The notes under the pieces are model-generated. The model was not told where the DNA came from, searched no databases, and saw only the letters and a list, made by a program, of their open reading frames with translations. The position numbers and the translations under genes are program-made. From Candidatus Poribacteria bacterium (GTDB lineage: Bacteria; Poribacteria; WGA-4E; WGA-3G), in the NCBI GenBank assembly GCA_964291315.2, contig OZ219753.1, forward strand, positions 2,592,001 to 2,656,000: a DNA stretch of 64,000 bases, given 5' to 3'. Below are positions 41,004 to 51,329 of this stretch, piece by piece (position 1 is the first letter of the stretch; every line of letters starts with the position of its first letter).

Positions 41004-42095
41004 TTGAGATTTCCTGGAGCAAAATTGTTAAAAACACGGGTATTTAAAAGATATTCCGAAAAGGTTGGACTGCCACCCGGAACCCTTGTTTATGTCGGAG
41101 AAGAAGACACAGAACCTGTTCGGATTACGGTTACTGATTATAATGATACATATTTTCATAAAGAAGAGGTTCAAACGATCCAGGAATGTTTACATTTCAC
41201 ATCATCCGAAACCGTCACGTGGATTCACATCGAGGGAATTCATGAAACAGAAATCATTGAAGAGATTGGAGAGCACTTCGAGGTCAATCACCTAGTCCTT
41301 GAGGACTTGATGAGTCCAACCCAACTTCCCAAAATAGAGGTATATGAAGGTTATGTTTTTATTATTCTCAAAAGCCTCTACTATGAACCCACAGCCTTAG
41401 GCGTTTCCAGAGAACAGATCGGACTTATTATCGGTAAGAATTTTGTGGTATCTCTCCAAGAAACTTCTACGGGCCTCTTCACATCAGTTCAAAATAGGAT
41501 CCAAAAGGCCCAGGGCAGAATCCGGAAGATGCATTCTGACTACCTCGCGTATGCTTTGATAGACGTTATTGTTGACTACTATTTTATGGCCTTGGAACAA
41601 CTCAGCGAGGCAATCCTAGTGGTGGAAGAAGAAGCCATCGCGGACCCTACACCAGAAGTTCTAGAAAAAATCAATATCTTGAGAAAAGAGTGCCTTCTTC
41701 TACGTAGACCGCTGCTCCCATTCCGTAACGTGGTTAATGAGATTTTAGCAGCTGAGATTCCGCTGCTTGGAAAAGAGACATATCTGTATTTTCGCGATGT
41801 TTATGATCACCTGATTCAGGTGATCCATACATTAGAGATGCTTCGGAGTACAGTCTCAGGACTATTTGATACCTATACCTCGGCGGTTAGTCATCGAATG
41901 AATGAGGTTATGAAGGTTCTGACTATTGTTGCTACATTTTTTATTCCGTTGACCTTCATTGCCGGTATTTACGGAATGAATTTCAAATCTATGCCAGAAC
42001 TTGAAATGCCATGGGGATATCCTGCTATCTTGTTAGTCATGGTGGGCATCAGCATCTTTATGTTCATCTATTTTAAACTCAAAAAATGGTTCTGA
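41004..42095 (+). CDS. corA: magnesium/cobalt transporter CorA
   Basis: GLPPGT, YFRDVYDH, MNEVMKVLT, YGMNF, MPEL. Confidence 0.95.
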   Translation: MRFPGAKLLKTRVFKRYSEKVGLPPGTLVYVGEEDTEPVRITVTDYNDTYFHKEEVQTIQECLHFTSSETVTWIHIEGIHETEIIEEIGEHFEVNHLVLEDLMSPTQLPKIEVYEGYVFIILKSLYYEPTALGVSREQIGLIIGKNFVVSLQETSTGLFTSVQNRIQKAQGRIRKMHSDYLAYALIDVIVDYYFMALEQLSEAILVVEEEAIADPTPEVLEKINILRKECLLLRRPLLPFRNVVNEILAAEIPLLGKETYLYFRDVYDHLIQVIHTLEMLRSTVSGLFDTYTSAVSHRMNEVMKVLTIVATFFIPLTFIAGIYGMNFKSMPELEMPWGYPAILLVMVGISIFMFIYFKLKKWF

Positions 42096-42386
42096 ATTTC
42101 TTTAAATCAACCGAAACTTTATCAGAGTCAACAAGTAAAACGAGAAAACCTATAAAGATGTGAGTACTGCATACCGAATGCATCTGATTTAGTCTAACCA
42201 ACCTGTAATACCTATCCGCGAACCGATTGGCAACGGATAATAGTGAACCACTGGCAGAAAAGTAATACTATAAGTATACGGCAACTTTGCGGGTTACGCT
42301 ATAGCTGTCGGACAAAGTGCTTAGAGCACGGGTACCAACATTATTGACGATAGTTGTATCTGACAAATACCAGAAAGGGGAATACA

Positions 42387-43286
42387 ATGTTTGCAGATGT
42401 CATAGCAAGTTTGGAAAACTTCATAAGTTCTATAGTTAACTCGCCCTTCAGAGGCATCATTTTAAGTGTTTTCACAATCTCGACTTTACTTATTATCAAG
42501 CCAATTTCAGGGTACTTTGTCAAAAGGTACGTCTACCAAAACGCTCAAGTGGAATCAAAAGCCCAAAACTTCATGGCGGTCTGGGGGTATACCTGGACGG
42601 CGATCATCGCTATCTTTGGAATTATTAGTCTCAGTGGCTCGTTGAAAACGCTGGGTATCTCAGCAGGATTTCTGGGGATGGTTTTGGGCTAGTCCTTGCA
42701 GGCACCGGTTACAGGGATCGCGGCCTGGTTGATGCTTATTTTAAAACGGCCCTTCAAGATTGGAGATCGTGTCATTATTGCCGGTGTCACAGGCGACGTT
42801 ATGGATATTACCTTAACGCACGTCATCTTGAACCAAGTTGGATGAACTGTCTCTAGCGAGGAACGTTCGGGGCGCGGCATCCTCATCCCGAATGCAATTC
42901 TTTTTGGCCAGACAATTACCAACTACACCTTAGAAGAGGAGTATATTTTGGTTGAGGGGCCCGTACGGATTACCTTTAAATCAGATTGGGCGGAAGCAGA
43001 ACGAATTCTGTTGAGGGCGGCACAAGAGGTTACAGCCGACATTATCAAAGAGATCGGAGAGGAGCCTTTTATTCGCGCGGAACTCTTTGACGCAGGAGTA
43101 ATGATGCGACTGCGCTACAAAACGCGCCTAGTAGATCGAGCAAAAAGTCTGAGTGATATTGTCAAAATTATCTTTCATGAATTCTCAAAGAATAAAAACG
43201 TTGCGTTCTGTTACGCACACTCAGAAATCATCTATTCATGGAAAGATCAAACCGCCCTGCTGGGGAATCTACGTGAGGTCCAATGA
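42387..43286 (+). pseudogene. MscS mechanosensitive channel with two in-frame stops
   Basis: Single frame with TAG 42690-42692 and TGA 42843-42845; RPFKIGDRV, IPN motifs. Confidence 0.85.
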
Positions 43287-44182
43287 TGTTGTGGGACATC
43301 TGGAACGCTCTTCTAAATTTCAAATATATTTCTATGGTCTGGATGGTCTTGGCGGTCATCAGTGCTATTATCGTCTATTTCCGCCTGACCATCCAAATGC
43401 GGAAGTTTACGGACGGCAGTGCCTATAGAAGCAAGAACGTCGATAGATTCTTCGTTATCTGGTGCTACGTCTTCATGTTTTCGATAGGTGGACTGATCGC
43501 CTTTCTCTTTTCAGATGTCTTCGGCTTGATGGGGTTGTCTTTAACCTTTATTATGACTCTCACGGGTTGGGGGATCCGAAATCCCGTTACAAACTTAGCA
43601 GCATGGTTACTAATTATTCTTAAGAGACCTTATCATATTGGAGATCGTGTCATCTTAAATACAATTATTGGCGATGTAGTGAACATCTCGGTTATGCATA
43701 CACAGTTAGAGCAAGTTGGAGGCACGATCGGCGGTGAAGAAAAGTCAGGTCGGAGTGTCCTGATTCCCAACCAACATCTTTTCAATTGGAACGTAATTAA
43801 CTACACACGGAACGGAAAATACATTCTCGATGAGATAATCCTTCGATTGACATATCGTTCCAATATAGCTCGCGCCGAACAAATTCTTCGTGAACAAGCA
43901 ACAGAAGTGACAAGAGACATATGTACTGAGACAGGTGAAACCCCTTATGTGTTATTTGAGTTCATTCCATCTGGAGTCGTCGGCAAGCTAAGATACCGTG
44001 TTATTGCTGCAAAACGGTAGCAAACCTCAACATTAATCGTGGAACGGATCTCCAAAGCATTTCTGGGCGAGGAGCGGATTGAGTTCGCCTACATGAAAAG
44101 TGAAGAACTATTAAGACCCAAGGAGGCACTATCGATGCCTCCACAATACCTATGTACCCAACAGCTTGATGAACACCATTAG
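43283..44182 (+). pseudogene. MscS mechanosensitive channel with in-frame TAG
   Basis: RPYHIGDRV, IPN; TAG 44018-44020 followed by an in-frame tail that aligns with the paralog C-terminus. Confidence 0.75.
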
Positions 44183-44199
44183 CAGAGAAAGAACGTAAG

Positions 44200-45372
44200 A
44201 TGAACGAATGGATTCAACGATTAGCAGCTCTATTTGAAACTCCTATTATTCCATCAGATACTCCCGTAAAAGCCTGGCAAATTGTCGTGTTAATTTCGAC
44301 TTTGACGGTTTCCTTCGCACTTGCTGGACTTTTACGTGGATGGTTCCGCAGCATGTTTCATCGGCTCCGAATTTCACAAAACATCGAAGGCCGACTGCTT
44401 GCATTTCTCTTCCTCACTGTTATGGTTGTGGGAACTATTTTGGGATTACGGTTTGCAGGCATAGGAACAGGAATACTTACCAAATTCTTTCACTATCCGT
44501 TGACAAACCTCTTTCAGCCAGCTGCTGCCGACACAGCAGGCGGCGAGACAAACAACCTAACCTTAGCACGTCTGTTCTATGCGTTCGTGATTGTTTTCGG
44601 GATGTTCATTCTGTCGAAGTACGCACAATGGGCGCTACGGAAACAAGTGTTACAAGCGTTTCAAATTGCAGCGCATACCCAATTTGTCCTCCTCCGCTTT
44701 CTTCATTTCAGTCTTATCAGCCTGGGTGTTATTATCAGCCTGAGCGCTATCGGGGTAAGTTTCACGAGTCTTGCATTGATCTTCGGTGGGCTGAGTATCG
44801 GCATCGGTTTCGGTTTACAAAATATTGCATCCAATCTAATCTCAGGGTTTATTCTCATCTTTGAACGCCCTATCAAAATCGGGGACCTTGTCGAGATTAT
44901 GGACATTAATATTTTCGGTAGAGTTAGCAGTATCAACCTTCGTTCAACGATCATCGTCTCACTTGACGAGAAAGAGATTATCGTTCCCAATTCTCAATTG
45001 ATTACAGAATCCGTTCATAACCTCACACACGCAAATAACTTTTTCCGACTCAATGTCGATGTAGGAGTTTCCTACGGTTCGGACGTAGATCTCGTTAAGA
45101 GAGTGCTCCTTGAAGCAGCACACGAACATCCGCAAGTCATTAAAGAACCGAGATCTACTATGGAGAGCGTCACCGCCCCATTTGTTCGTTTCGTGAATTT
45201 CGGAGAGTCGTCCTTAAATTTCCGTCTATTGGTGTGGATTCCAGACTCTTTTCAGCGTTTTGATATTGCCAGTGACCTTCATTTCATGATCTGGCACAAA
45301 TTTCAAGCGTACGATATTAAAATCCCATTCCCACAACGCGATGTCCATTTTTATTCAACAGAAAACAGGTAA
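44200..45372 (+). CDS. MscS mechanosensitive channel, intact
   Basis: GIGFGLQNIASN.ISG, ERPIKIGD, IVPNS, FGESS, IPFPQRD. Confidence 0.93.
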   Translation: MNEWIQRLAALFETPIIPSDTPVKAWQIVVLISTLTVSFALAGLLRGWFRSMFHRLRISQNIEGRLLAFLFLTVMVVGTILGLRFAGIGTGILTKFFHYPLTNLFQPAAADTAGGETNNLTLARLFYAFVIVFGMFILSKYAQWALRKQVLQAFQIAAHTQFVLLRFLHFSLISLGVIISLSAIGVSFTSLALIFGGLSIGIGFGLQNIASNLISGFILIFERPIKIGDLVEIMDINIFGRVSSINLRSTIIVSLDEKEIIVPNSQLITESVHNLTHANNFFRLNVDVGVSYGSDVDLVKRVLLEAAHEHPQVIKEPRSTMESVTAPFVRFVNFGESSLNFRLLVWIPDSFQRFDIASDLHFMIWHKFQAYDIKIPFPQRDVHFYSTENR

Positions 45373-45495
45373 TGCTTGGTGATTAGCAGCCAGCTCACGA
45401 CTGCCAACAAGAGTTGTCTCGAAAGTGCGTTTCTATAGGAAGGCGATCAGGAAGCACTTAGATTAGGAAATCCATCCCCGAACTGCTGAATGGGT

Positions 45496-46137
45496 CTAAG
45501 AATGCCGGATGATGTTGCCCTTGACGAGATAGTAGACCTCTTCGCTGATGTTTACTGCAAGGTCCCCCACCCGTTCGAGATGCCGGAAGAGAAGAAGGAT
45601 GCTGATACCCGGTGGGACGAGTTTTGGATGTTCAGTTAGAATGGCCAAGAGTTCATAGAGCATCTTTTCATAGATATCATTAACCTCGTTGTCACGTTCT
45701 CGGACCTCTAAAGCGAGTTCAGCGTTACGATTGACGAGCGCGTCCAGTACATCTTTTACCATGGTCTGAATCACTTGTGCTACATACGGCAGATCCACGA
45801 AGGGTTTAACGGGCGGATACTCCAACAATTCAAGACTCCGTTTCGCAATAGCAACGCTCTTATCGGCAAGCCTTTCAATGTTGATACTAATCTTCATTGC
45901 CATCGTCAGAAAGCGGAGCTCAAAGGCGACTGGTTGATAGAGTGCGATCAGTTGGATACAGGATGACTCGATCTCGTTTTCAAACTGATCAATCTGATCG
46001 TCCGTATTAATCACCGTCTGTGCTAACGTCTCGTCTCGCGTTAAAACCGATTCAATGGCTTGACGTAGCATTTGCTCGGAAAGCCCCGCCATTTCCAAAA
46101 GTTTATGTTGAAGTTCTCTGATTTCGTTTGCTAACAT
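45496..46137 (-). CDS. phoU: phosphate signalling protein PhoU
   Basis: D..ID, YQPVAFELR, ER.AD, ERVGD..VNI.E. Confidence 0.93.
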   Translation of the reverse strand: MLANEIRELQHKLLEMAGLSEQMLRQAIESVLTRDETLAQTVINTDDQIDQFENEIESSCIQLIALYQPVAFELRFLTMAMKISINIERLADKSVAIAKRSLELLEYPPVKPFVDLPYVAQVIQTMVKDVLDALVNRNAELALEVRERDNEVNDIYEKMLYELLAILTEHPKLVPPGISILLLFRHLERVGDLAVNISEEVYYLVKGNIIRHS

Positions 46138-46166
46138 TTTTCAATTATCTGCTTCTGTGGTCTCGC

Positions 46167-46946
46167 TTATCCCATTCTGCCTGTTACGTACTGTTCGGTT
46201 CTGCTATCTCGTGGGTTGGTAAAAATTTTCTCCGTGGCCCCAAATTCAATCAATTCACCACCGTAGAGGAACCCGGCAACATCAGAGACGCGCGCAGCTT
46301 GTCTTCTTTTGTTAGTCGCAAAAATAAGTGTACAATCGTTTGCCAGCTCCCGCACAAGTGTCTCAATCTTAACAGTCTCAATAGGATCGAGCTCACCACA
46401 CGGCTCATCAAATATCAAAACTTCTGGTTCAGCGGTCAAAGCGCGTGCAATACAGAGCAGTTGTTGTTGTCCAGTGGACAACTGTTCAGCGGTTTCGTCC
46501 AAGATGTCCCTGACATCATTCCATAGCCCGGTCCTTCGGAGACTTTTCTCAACGACGCTATTCAACGCCGAGTCCCGCCTCACACCGGAAATTCGAGCCG
46601 CGTATGTCACATTTTCTTGTATAGAGCCTTGAAATAGAATCGGTTTTCGAAACACCATCCCGATTTTTTTTCGAACAGTTGTGGCATCCTGATCGACATA
46701 CAAAGATCTGCCCTTGAAAAGGATTTCCCCGGTGAACCTGAAATTCGGTGTAAAGTCGTTGAGTCGATTGAAACATCGGATGAGTGTGCTTTTGCCGCAG
46801 TTGGTGGGGCCCATAAGTGCGGTTACTCGTTTCCGTTGAATTTCAAAAGAGAGATTTCCGAGAATTTGCTTATCGGCATACCAGATATTTAGGTTACGAA
46901 CAGTGAGAATAGATTTCTTTTTTGCAGTCATCATAGCTGCTAACAT
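46167..46946 (-). CDS. divergent PstB-like ABC ATPase (copy 3)
   Basis: GPTNCGKST, LSTGQQQ, IFTNPRD.RTEQYVTGRMG; lacks Q-loop Gln and H-loop His. Confidence 0.8.
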   Translation of the reverse strand: MLAAMMTAKKKSILTVRNLNIWYADKQILGNLSFEIQRKRVTALMGPTNCGKSTLIRCFNRLNDFTPNFRFTGEILFKGRSLYVDQDATTVRKKIGMVFRKPILFQGSIQENVTYAARISGVRRDSALNSVVEKSLRRTGLWNDVRDILDETAEQLSTGQQQLLCIARALTAEPEVLIFDEPCGELDPIETVKIETLVRELANDCTLIFATNKRRQAARVSDVAGFLYGGELIEFGATEKIFTNPRDSRTEQYVTGRMG

Positions 46947-46973
46947 GTATAGAAGAAAAACGAAGGCCGTGTG

Positions 46974-47804
46974 TCATGCCAAAACAGAGGAATGTCTCTC
47001 AGCAAGGAAGCTTGAGAAAATACTCAATAGTAATGCGCAGCCTAAAAACAACACAAATTTGTCCAACATCTGTCCACATTGCGCGGGACGACTCCATATA
47101 TAGATACCGACGAACAACGCCGCGGCAGCAAGCGCACAAGACATTGCACGACATCCGCCTGAAAGTATCCCCGGGAGTGAAAGCGGCACGATATGCCCCA
47201 TTAACACTTGTCGTTGGTTAGCGCCGAGTGCATAAGCAGCTTCACGAATCGGTATCGGCACAGACCAGAGCGCCGCTTGTGTCGTCTTAATCGTCCTTGG
47301 CATCACTAACAAAATAAAGGTCAGTGTTGCGATGTAAAACAGGGACGTATCCCCTCGAAAAGTGCTTGTCTTTAAGGAAGAAGTGTCTAAACCTCCAAGG
47401 GCCAGAGGCACCTCAATCCCTGTGAAAACGCCACTATAGGGCAGAAAGATTGCGGCTGCTAAAAGTCCATATAAGATCGAAGGGACACTGCTTAAAATGC
47501 TGACATGACTCTCTATGAAACGCCGAACCCAGCTAGTTTCTCGAAGCCACTCCTCCACGTAAAAAGCACAGAGCACCGCAAACACAATTGCCAAAAAACT
47601 GATGTAGAGAAAAAAATAGAGATCGTTGAGCGGATTCGATGGCGGCTCCGACTCACGGACTACTGACGATAGTTGCACATCAGAGACGGGTAGTTTTGAC
47701 AGGACGTACCATATTGGAATGAACATCGCTCCCAATATAACGAGAGCTATACCCCGCAAAGCAAATTTTTGCCTCGGGTTTGAACGCATCATTAAGGTGT
47801 TCAT
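46974..47804 (-). CDS. divergent PstA-like permease (copy 2)
   Basis: SVPSILYGL, REAAYALGA EAA motif; GETAP motif absent. Confidence 0.75.
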   Translation of the reverse strand: MNTLMMRSNPRQKFALRGIALVILGAMFIPIWYVLSKLPVSDVQLSSVVRESEPPSNPLNDLYFFLYISFLAIVFAVLCAFYVEEWLRETSWVRRFIESHVSILSSVPSILYGLLAAAIFLPYSGVFTGIEVPLALGGLDTSSLKTSTFRGDTSLFYIATLTFILLVMPRTIKTTQAALWSVPIPIREAAYALGANQRQVLMGHIVPLSLPGILSGGCRAMSCALAAAALFVGIYIWSRPAQCGQMLDKFVLFLGCALLLSIFSSFLAERHSSVLA

Positions 47805-47921
47805 AGTATCGGTCCCCTTATCAGATCTCATCTGTCAGTTATTAGTACCCACAAGAAGTATTTATAGTAGTTGTGTACGACTGACATAGCAAATGTTGAT
47901 CCTAAGAGACGAGGACTTCCG

Positions 47922-48707
47922 TTATCCGTATCGCATCTGTACATAATCCGCTGTTTTGGGGTGTTGTGGTGTCTGAAAAAGTGCTTGTGTCTCCTCGTGC
48001 TCAATAAGTTCCCCAAGAAACATAAAGATACACTCTTTGCTCACGCGTCGCGCTTGTGCCATGTTATGGGTCACAATTAAAAATGTGTATATCCCGGCAA
48101 GGGCTTCCATCAATTCTTCAACAGCCCGTGTCCCTTTAGCATCCAATGCTGAACACGGTTCATCCATCAGGATAATTTTCGGTTTCAGCGGTAACAGACG
48201 GGCGATACAGAGTTTCTGTTGTTGTTCAAGCTGAAGTGAGGTAGCACGCGCCTTCAATTTATCTTTCAAATCGTCCCACAAGAAAACGGAGGTCAGCGCT
48301 TCTTCAACAATTTGGTCTGATTCCGTTCGTACCAGACTCCGCAAAGGGGAGTGAATCCGCAAACCGAATAAGACATTCTCATAAACCGAGATCGGCAACG
48401 GATTCGGGCGCTGGAAGACCATGCCGACTGCTTTTCTGAGCTCTGGTAAAGAGACATCTGGATCGTAGATATTTTTACCGAGAACCTCAATTTTCCCGAC
48501 TGTGGTGACATTACCGTAACGCTCATTGACACGGTTAAAACAGCGGAGTAGGGTTGACTTGCCACACCCTGAAGGCCCAATAAGAGAAGTTATCTGACCA
48601 TCACGGATTTTCAGGTTGACATCAATAAGCGCTTGAAAATCTTCATACCAGAGATTGAGGTTTTCGGTTTGAACGCTATAATTTAAGGACATAATTTGTG
48701 TACTCAA
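47922..48707 (-). CDS. pstB: phosphate ABC transporter ATPase PstB (copy 2)
   Basis: GPSGCGKST, GMVFQRPNP, MDEPCSALD, VTHN; signature altered to LQLEQQQ. Confidence 0.9.
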   Translation of the reverse strand: MSTQIMSLNYSVQTENLNLWYEDFQALIDVNLKIRDGQITSLIGPSGCGKSTLLRCFNRVNERYGNVTTVGKIEVLGKNIYDPDVSLPELRKAVGMVFQRPNPLPISVYENVLFGLRIHSPLRSLVRTESDQIVEEALTSVFLWDDLKDKLKARATSLQLEQQQKLCIARLLPLKPKIILMDEPCSALDAKGTRAVEELMEALAGIYTFLIVTHNMAQARRVSKECIFMFLGELIEHEETQALFQTPQHPKTADYVQMRYG

Positions 48708-48779
48708 TTTCTCAACGTGTGTCTCTAGATCAGTTATAAGGTGTCTAAGTACTTGTGGACTGTGCCCTAAAAAACCAGT

Positions 48780-49565
48780 TTACCCGAAATTTCCATTGAT
48801 GTAATCATAAGTGGAACGGTTTGTCGGATTGGTGGAAAAGATTACATCTGTTCTATCAATCTCAACGAGATCACCGTTGAGCATAAAGGCGGTTCGGTCT
48901 GCTAAGCGTTTTGCCTGTTGAACGAGGTTGGTAACGAGAAGAATCGTCATTTCTGTACGTAAGGTTTTCAATACCTCTTCAATGCGCATCGTTGTAACCG
49001 GATCAATAGCAATAGAAAATTCATCAAGGCAGAGAATCTCCGGTTGATGTGAAAGGGCACGCGCGATTGTGAGGCGTTGTTGTTGACCGCCCGACAGCTT
49101 CGTACCGAGCGTATCTAGCCTGTCCTTGACTTCATCCCACAAGGCTGCTTGCTGCAGGCAGCGTTCGACGATCTCATCCAATTCCGATTTTGAGCGAATC
49201 CCTGCTGTCCGCGGCGCGAAGGCGACGTTATCGTAGATCGAAAGCGGAAGGCCTACGGGCAAAGGGAGCACCATACCGATGCGGCGGCGCAACCCATACA
49301 CATCGCTAATTGTGCTAATGTTTGCACCGTCGAGCTTTACAGAGCCTCCTACGGTCGTTTCTGCTGTCAATTCCAACGTTCTGTTGATAACTCTTAAGAG
49401 CGTGGTTTTACCGGACTGTGCAGGACCGATGATACCGAGAATTTCATTCTTATAAACATTAAAAGAGATGCCGTTCAGAGCATGTTTATCCCCGTAACGC
49501 ACCGTCAAGTTGTTAATTTCAATTAGAGGTTCGTTTCGTGCCCCGTTACTGCGATTCATGTTCAT
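48780..49565 (-). CDS. pstB: phosphate ABC transporter ATPase PstB (copy 1)
   Basis: GPAQSGKTT, ALWDEVKDRL, LSGGQQQR, YINGNFG. Confidence 0.88.
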   Translation of the reverse strand: MNMNRSNGARNEPLIEINNLTVRYGDKHALNGISFNVYKNEILGIIGPAQSGKTTLLRVINRTLELTAETTVGGSVKLDGANISTISDVYGLRRRIGMVLPLPVGLPLSIYDNVAFAPRTAGIRSKSELDEIVERCLQQAALWDEVKDRLDTLGTKLSGGQQQRLTIARALSHQPEILCLDEFSIAIDPVTTMRIEEVLKTLRTEMTILLVTNLVQQAKRLADRTAFMLNGDLVEIDRTDVIFSTNPTNRSTYDYINGNFG

Positions 49566-49570
49566 ACTTC

Positions 49571-50326
49571 TTATTCACTTTTCGGATTGCTAGATGCCGT
49601 AGTCCGATTTTCCTCTTTAGCTTCTTCTCCTATTTCGCGCTCCACACGTGCCTCGGTCAAAGCCGAGGCTAACAAACCAGAGGGAATTGCGATAAGTCCG
49701 ACACCAACAAGCGTGACAAGCGCAGTGAAAACCTTCCCACCCGCAGTTTCTGGGTAGACATCGCCATAACCGACGGTCGTCAATGTCACGACAGCCCACC
49801 ACATTGAATCGAGGATAGATCCGAAGGCTTCAGGTTGGCTATCTTTTTCAAAATAGTGGATCCCACATGCAGCGAGATAGACAAGCATCAGCGATAAAAT
49901 AACGAGCGCTAAGAGCTCCTGCTGGATACCCCGGAGCGCCGCTGCGAGCCGGTCCACTGCGAGAATAAAACGTGTCGCCTTGAAAATTCTGAAAACCCGT
50001 AAGAATCGGAGTACACGTAGCACACGAAACCCCGGGACAAGGAACAGAGAAGGCAAAATCGAAAGTAAATCAATTATGCCGTAGAAGCTAAGAACGAAGT
50101 CCCGTTTTTTGGTTTCAATGTAGACGCGAAGAGCATATTCTATTGAAAATAGAACAAAAAACACCCAGTCGAGCAGAATAAAAAGTGTCGCATATTCCGC
50201 TAACTCCCACACATGGCTATCGGCTTCGAGCACAAAGGTGACAGCGGAGGCAAGAATTAGAAACTGGATGACGGCGGTAAATATGTTACCTTCAATAATA
50301 TCGCGTAATTTCTCTTTTTTCGCCAT
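49571..50326 (-). CDS. 6TM voltage-gated potassium channel (ion transporter)
   Basis: S4 RVLRVLRFLRVFRIFK; WWAVVTLTTVGYGD selectivity filter. Confidence 0.92.
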   Translation of the reverse strand: MAKKEKLRDIIEGNIFTAVIQFLILASAVTFVLEADSHVWELAEYATLFILLDWVFFVLFSIEYALRVYIETKKRDFVLSFYGIIDLLSILPSLFLVPGFRVLRVLRFLRVFRIFKATRFILAVDRLAAALRGIQQELLALVILSLMLVYLAACGIHYFEKDSQPEAFGSILDSMWWAVVTLTTVGYGDVYPETAGGKVFTALVTLVGVGLIAIPSGLLASALTEARVEREIGEEAKEENRTTASSNPKSE

Positions 50327-50368
50327 GAACGTCTCTTTCTATCAGGAGTAGCGTTCACGACACTACCT

Positions 50369-51286
50369 CTACCACTTCTTCCGGGTTCTAAGATAAACCC
50401 TCAGCACAATCGCAGCCGCGTTGACAAGTAGGACACTCCCTACAAGTGCTATTGCAGTCCCGTAGGGAATTCCTTCGCTAACATCCGGTACCTGTGTTGA
50501 AATTGTAAAAAGATGTAGAGATAATGCCATGCATTGTTCCGTTATATTATAGGCGAAAATATCTCCTTCTGCAATAGCTTTATAGAAGACTGCCCCGGTG
50601 AACATGATAGGGGCCGTTTCGCCAGCTGCACGCGATACTTGTAAAATAACGCCTGTCAGGATCCCACTAATTGAATTCGGGAGCACAATACGGCGAATCG
50701 TTTGCCAGCGCGTAGCACCAAGGTTCCAGCAGGCCTCTCTAAACGACATCGGCACCGCTTTAAGCGCCTCTGTGGTGCTAGCGATAATAACTGGAAGTGT
50801 CATGATTGCCAGTGTAAGCGAGGCCGCGAGTATCGACTCACCTAACCTTGCAAAAAGTACAAAGGCACCAACTCCAAACAAGGCATGAACAATACTCGGC
50901 ACTCCCGCAAGATTGACAACGGCCAAATTTGTGATACGTGTAAACCAATTTTCACGAGCATACTCGTTGAGATAGACTGCTGCGAATACACCGATGGGGG
51001 CTGACACCAATAGCGAGACCACTACCAAATAGATTGTCCCAAGAAAGGGGGCCCAAAGTCCACCTGCACGCATGTTGTCCTTCGGGTTCGTAAACAAAAA
51101 TTCCAAAGAGAGGACAGGCAGCGCCTTGTAGAGCAGGTAGCCGATAATGAGAAGCAACGGGATAATCATCAGGCTTGTTATTACAAGTAGAAGCACCCGT
51201 ACCCCATTTTCTATTTTCCGTTTTTGTCGAGCAACCGCTGTTTCCGTAAACATGGCGTGTGACGATGCCTGCGCGTCAGTGTTCAT
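50369..51286 (-). CDS. pstA: phosphate ABC permease PstA
   Basis: YLNEY, NLAGVPSIV, SRAAGETAP. Confidence 0.93.
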   Translation of the reverse strand: MNTDAQASSHAMFTETAVARQKRKIENGVRVLLLVITSLMIIPLLLIIGYLLYKALPVLSLEFLFTNPKDNMRAGGLWAPFLGTIYLVVVSLLVSAPIGVFAAVYLNEYARENWFTRITNLAVVNLAGVPSIVHALFGVGAFVLFARLGESILAASLTLAIMTLPVIIASTTEALKAVPMSFREACWNLGATRWQTIRRIVLPNSISGILTGVILQVSRAAGETAPIMFTGAVFYKAIAEGDIFAYNITEQCMALSLHLFTISTQVPDVSEGIPYGTAIALVGSVLLVNAAAIVLRVYLRTRKKW

Positions 51287-51329
51287 ACGTCTCTACCTAC
51301 TTTTACAAAGACTCCTGTGTTATATTCCA

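Noticed and set aside
42096-42386. Riboswitch upstream of mscS
   Set aside because: Only a short TATCCG/CGGATA stem; no recognisable c-di-AMP, M-box or other aptamer consensus.
42387-44182. Stop-codon reassignment, selenocysteine or pyrrolysine readthrough
   Set aside because: All three stop types occur as interruptions in the window and replace different residues (Trp, Gly, probably Gln). TAG and TGA terminate many intact genes normally.
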